Below the pieces are notes generated by a model that was not told where the DNA came from, did not search any database, and saw only the letters and a program-made list of their open reading frames with translations. This document shows positions 61,902 through 64,000 of a stretch of DNA of 64,000 nt, in pieces. This stretch comes from Podarcis tiliguerta (taxonomy: Eukaryota): the NCBI GenBank assembly GCA_965153285.1, contig OZ229110.1. One strand, given 5' to 3'. Position numbers and translations under genes: made by a program. The number at the start of each line of letters is the position of its first letter. The first letter of the stretch is position 1.

Positions 61902-63821
61902 TATTAAAAATGTGTAAAGCATTTAGTATGTCAGCAAATTACAATTCATGAGAAAACTTTGGAACAAATTTAATGCTATGGATACATTATAAACTATGAA
62001 ACAAAATAAAATTTTAATAGAGAAAAAGTAACAAGGTTTTTTTGTTTTGTTTTGCTAAGTATATTATATTTTTTAAAATGTAGAGCAGAAGGTTAAGTAT
62101 ACATCTCATCCATATAAAATTTGCAGCTGATTTAACTGGGGGAGCAGAGGGATATCCTGGTTGTAGGAGGTGACATCTTGTGAAGACTTTCACAGTTAGT
62201 GTGGCAGAATCCTGACAATGTAGGCCTTGATAAATAAGGCAAGAGAACGAGACTCTTTAATAGGCTAATCTTGCAGTTCTATACCCTATTATTTGGGGGG
62301 GGGGGGAGGCCCTTTTGAACTCGGTGTGATTGACTTCTGAGTAAACACACATGGGAGCAGACTTTAAGGCTACTTTCAGTGCTTATATACTTCAGAGCTT
62401 ATATACTTCGGAGCCTGTTGAACAATAAGGGACTTGCTCCCAAGTAAGCACTTTTTGGACCAGACTGCAAACTGTGCCAGTAACCTATATTTTTGTTGTT
62501 AGGCTGCTTTTCACCTTTTAGATGTTAAATATTTCTAGAAGTTGCTTTAAACCAGCTTATCAAACAAGGAGATTTTTAGTGGGGTCCAAAGGTGCTGCGT
62601 ATGAATGAAAAAGCACTTCCACTTATGTAAGATGTGCCATGATTTCTTCTTTCCCTCTACAGAACTCTGTGTCCCACTTCAGACCTTTGAGAGGGGTTTC
62701 TAATTCTTAGGACACCCTTAGCCAACGTGGTCCTATTCATCTATTGTTGGACTACAGCTTCCACCAACCCTAGTCAACATGACCAATGGTAAGAGATGAT
62801 GAGAGTTGTAGTCCAACCATGACTATTACTAGTGGGCACCATATTGGCTTATCCTGCCTTAGGCGTCTACCCAGGGGCAAGACTGCTATAGTCAAAGTGA
62901 AGGGGATGATCTGTCATGCTGATGTGGATTCAAGTCCATCCCTCGATTGTCATACTTTGCGTATTTTGTTGTAACAAATATATATATCAATACAGAACCC
63001 TTTTTTTAAACAAGAGTTCTAAATTAGGGAGGAAGCACCTGTGAGCTTCCAGTTGTTGTTGGATTCCATATTCCATCTGCGCTAAGAAGCATGATCAGAG
63101 ATTATGTGAGTTTGTAGTCCAAGAATATTCACTGGGTCGCAGGTTCCCCATCCTTGCTCTAAATGCTTTCCTAATTCTCCAAGCATTTTTATACTGCTTG
63201 TAATTCAACTTAGCTATACGTTTTGAATTGCAGAGAGCAATGACTTGGATCCTCAAATCACAGTTTGAACAGTGGATATCGAAGTGAATGTCACGATTTG
63301 CAAATAGCCTATTTGACAATTGCAGCCTGTACCTTTTCTTTGTACCAAAATCCCTTTTTTGGCTCCCCTCGCCAAGATACTGTCACTTATTGTTCTCATG
63401 CGCATTTATTTTGTTAGGGTAAATAAATGACAAGTCATTGTTAAACTTTAATTTCTTTTGATTTATCACAGTTAATTTCATTTATTCTTTATTTCGTTTT
63501 CTCTTCAGAGTTTTGTTTTTTTTACTCAAATACTATTAAAATTGCAATTTATAAAATCTTTTGTTAATGATCGTTTGAGTGACTCATTCGTAATTGGTTC
63601 TTTTCAGCTGAAAGCAATTGCTTAACAACTCTTAATGCTATGCAAAGTGAAATGCATGTTTTGTAAGTTTCCTATGTTGCCACATTATGAAACCTTTTGT
63701 GCACAAAATTTTGGCCTCTAAGAAGCTTCATAGAGTTCTGACTGAAGGTGTTCATATTTCATCCTAGTCTATTACAGTGACCCCCCCTGGAATAACAGGG
63801 TTGTGGTGGAAGGGGGAGGTT

Positions 63822-64000
63822 GACTTCATGATATTCTTGTGGAGAAGGTAATAAAATGTAGAGTGGACGAGGTGGATTTATAGCTGGTTGACTGACCAAA
63901 CCCAAAGAGTGCTCACTAATGGTTCCTTGTCATCCTGCAAAACAGTGACTTGGATAAAGGTATTGAGGGGATGCTCATCAGATTTGCAGGTGACACCAAC
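63822..64000 (+). mobile_element. CR1 ORF2 (RT) fragment running off the window
   Basis: catgatattcttgtggagaag...tggatttatagctggttg...caaagagtgctcactaatgg...atgctcatcagatttgcaggtgacacc (degenerate FADDT). Confidence 0.75.

Larger units (their letters stand above)
30824..64000 (+). other. DPH6: DPH6 intron 3 (over 33 kb, continues beyond the window)
   Basis: No sequence encoding the expected exon 4 peptide (EKEEVEGISVGAILSDYQR-like) was found by eye downstream of the exon 3 donor. Confidence 0.7.

Overview
Vertebrate genomic DNA, almost certainly from a squamate and probably a lacertid lizard (inferred from Sauria SINEs, Squam3-like SINEs and Bov-B LINEs). The only protein-coding gene I can support is the 5' part of DPH6 (diphthine--ammonia ligase) on the + strand. 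It has a CpG-rich promoter at about 25.1-26.0 kb and coding exons 1-3 at 25679-25701, 29244-29338 and 30630-30823. I found no exon 4, so intron 3 appears to run past the window end. The rest is intergenic or intronic DNA dense in mobile elements: 9 Sauria SINEs in two subfamilies, Bov-B, other RTE, L2 and CR1 fragments, about 11 Tc1/mariner (pogo/Tigger-like) MITEs, and hAT and Harbinger-like MITEs. There is one 220-nt N gap, and several TE-poor blocks look like conserved enhancers. I see no CRISPR array, RNA gene or new multi-gene system. The most unusual structures are: a TSD-bounded, 5'-inverted (twin-priming-like) Bov-B insertion carrying a nested Sauria SINE; a SINE at the axis of a ~100-bp-arm palindrome; recurrent tail/target microhomology at SINE insertions; a spliced 44-codon uORF overlapping the DPH6 start; and octamer/palindrome clusters in intron 3. 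Repeat family names come from recall of consensus sequences, not from database searches.
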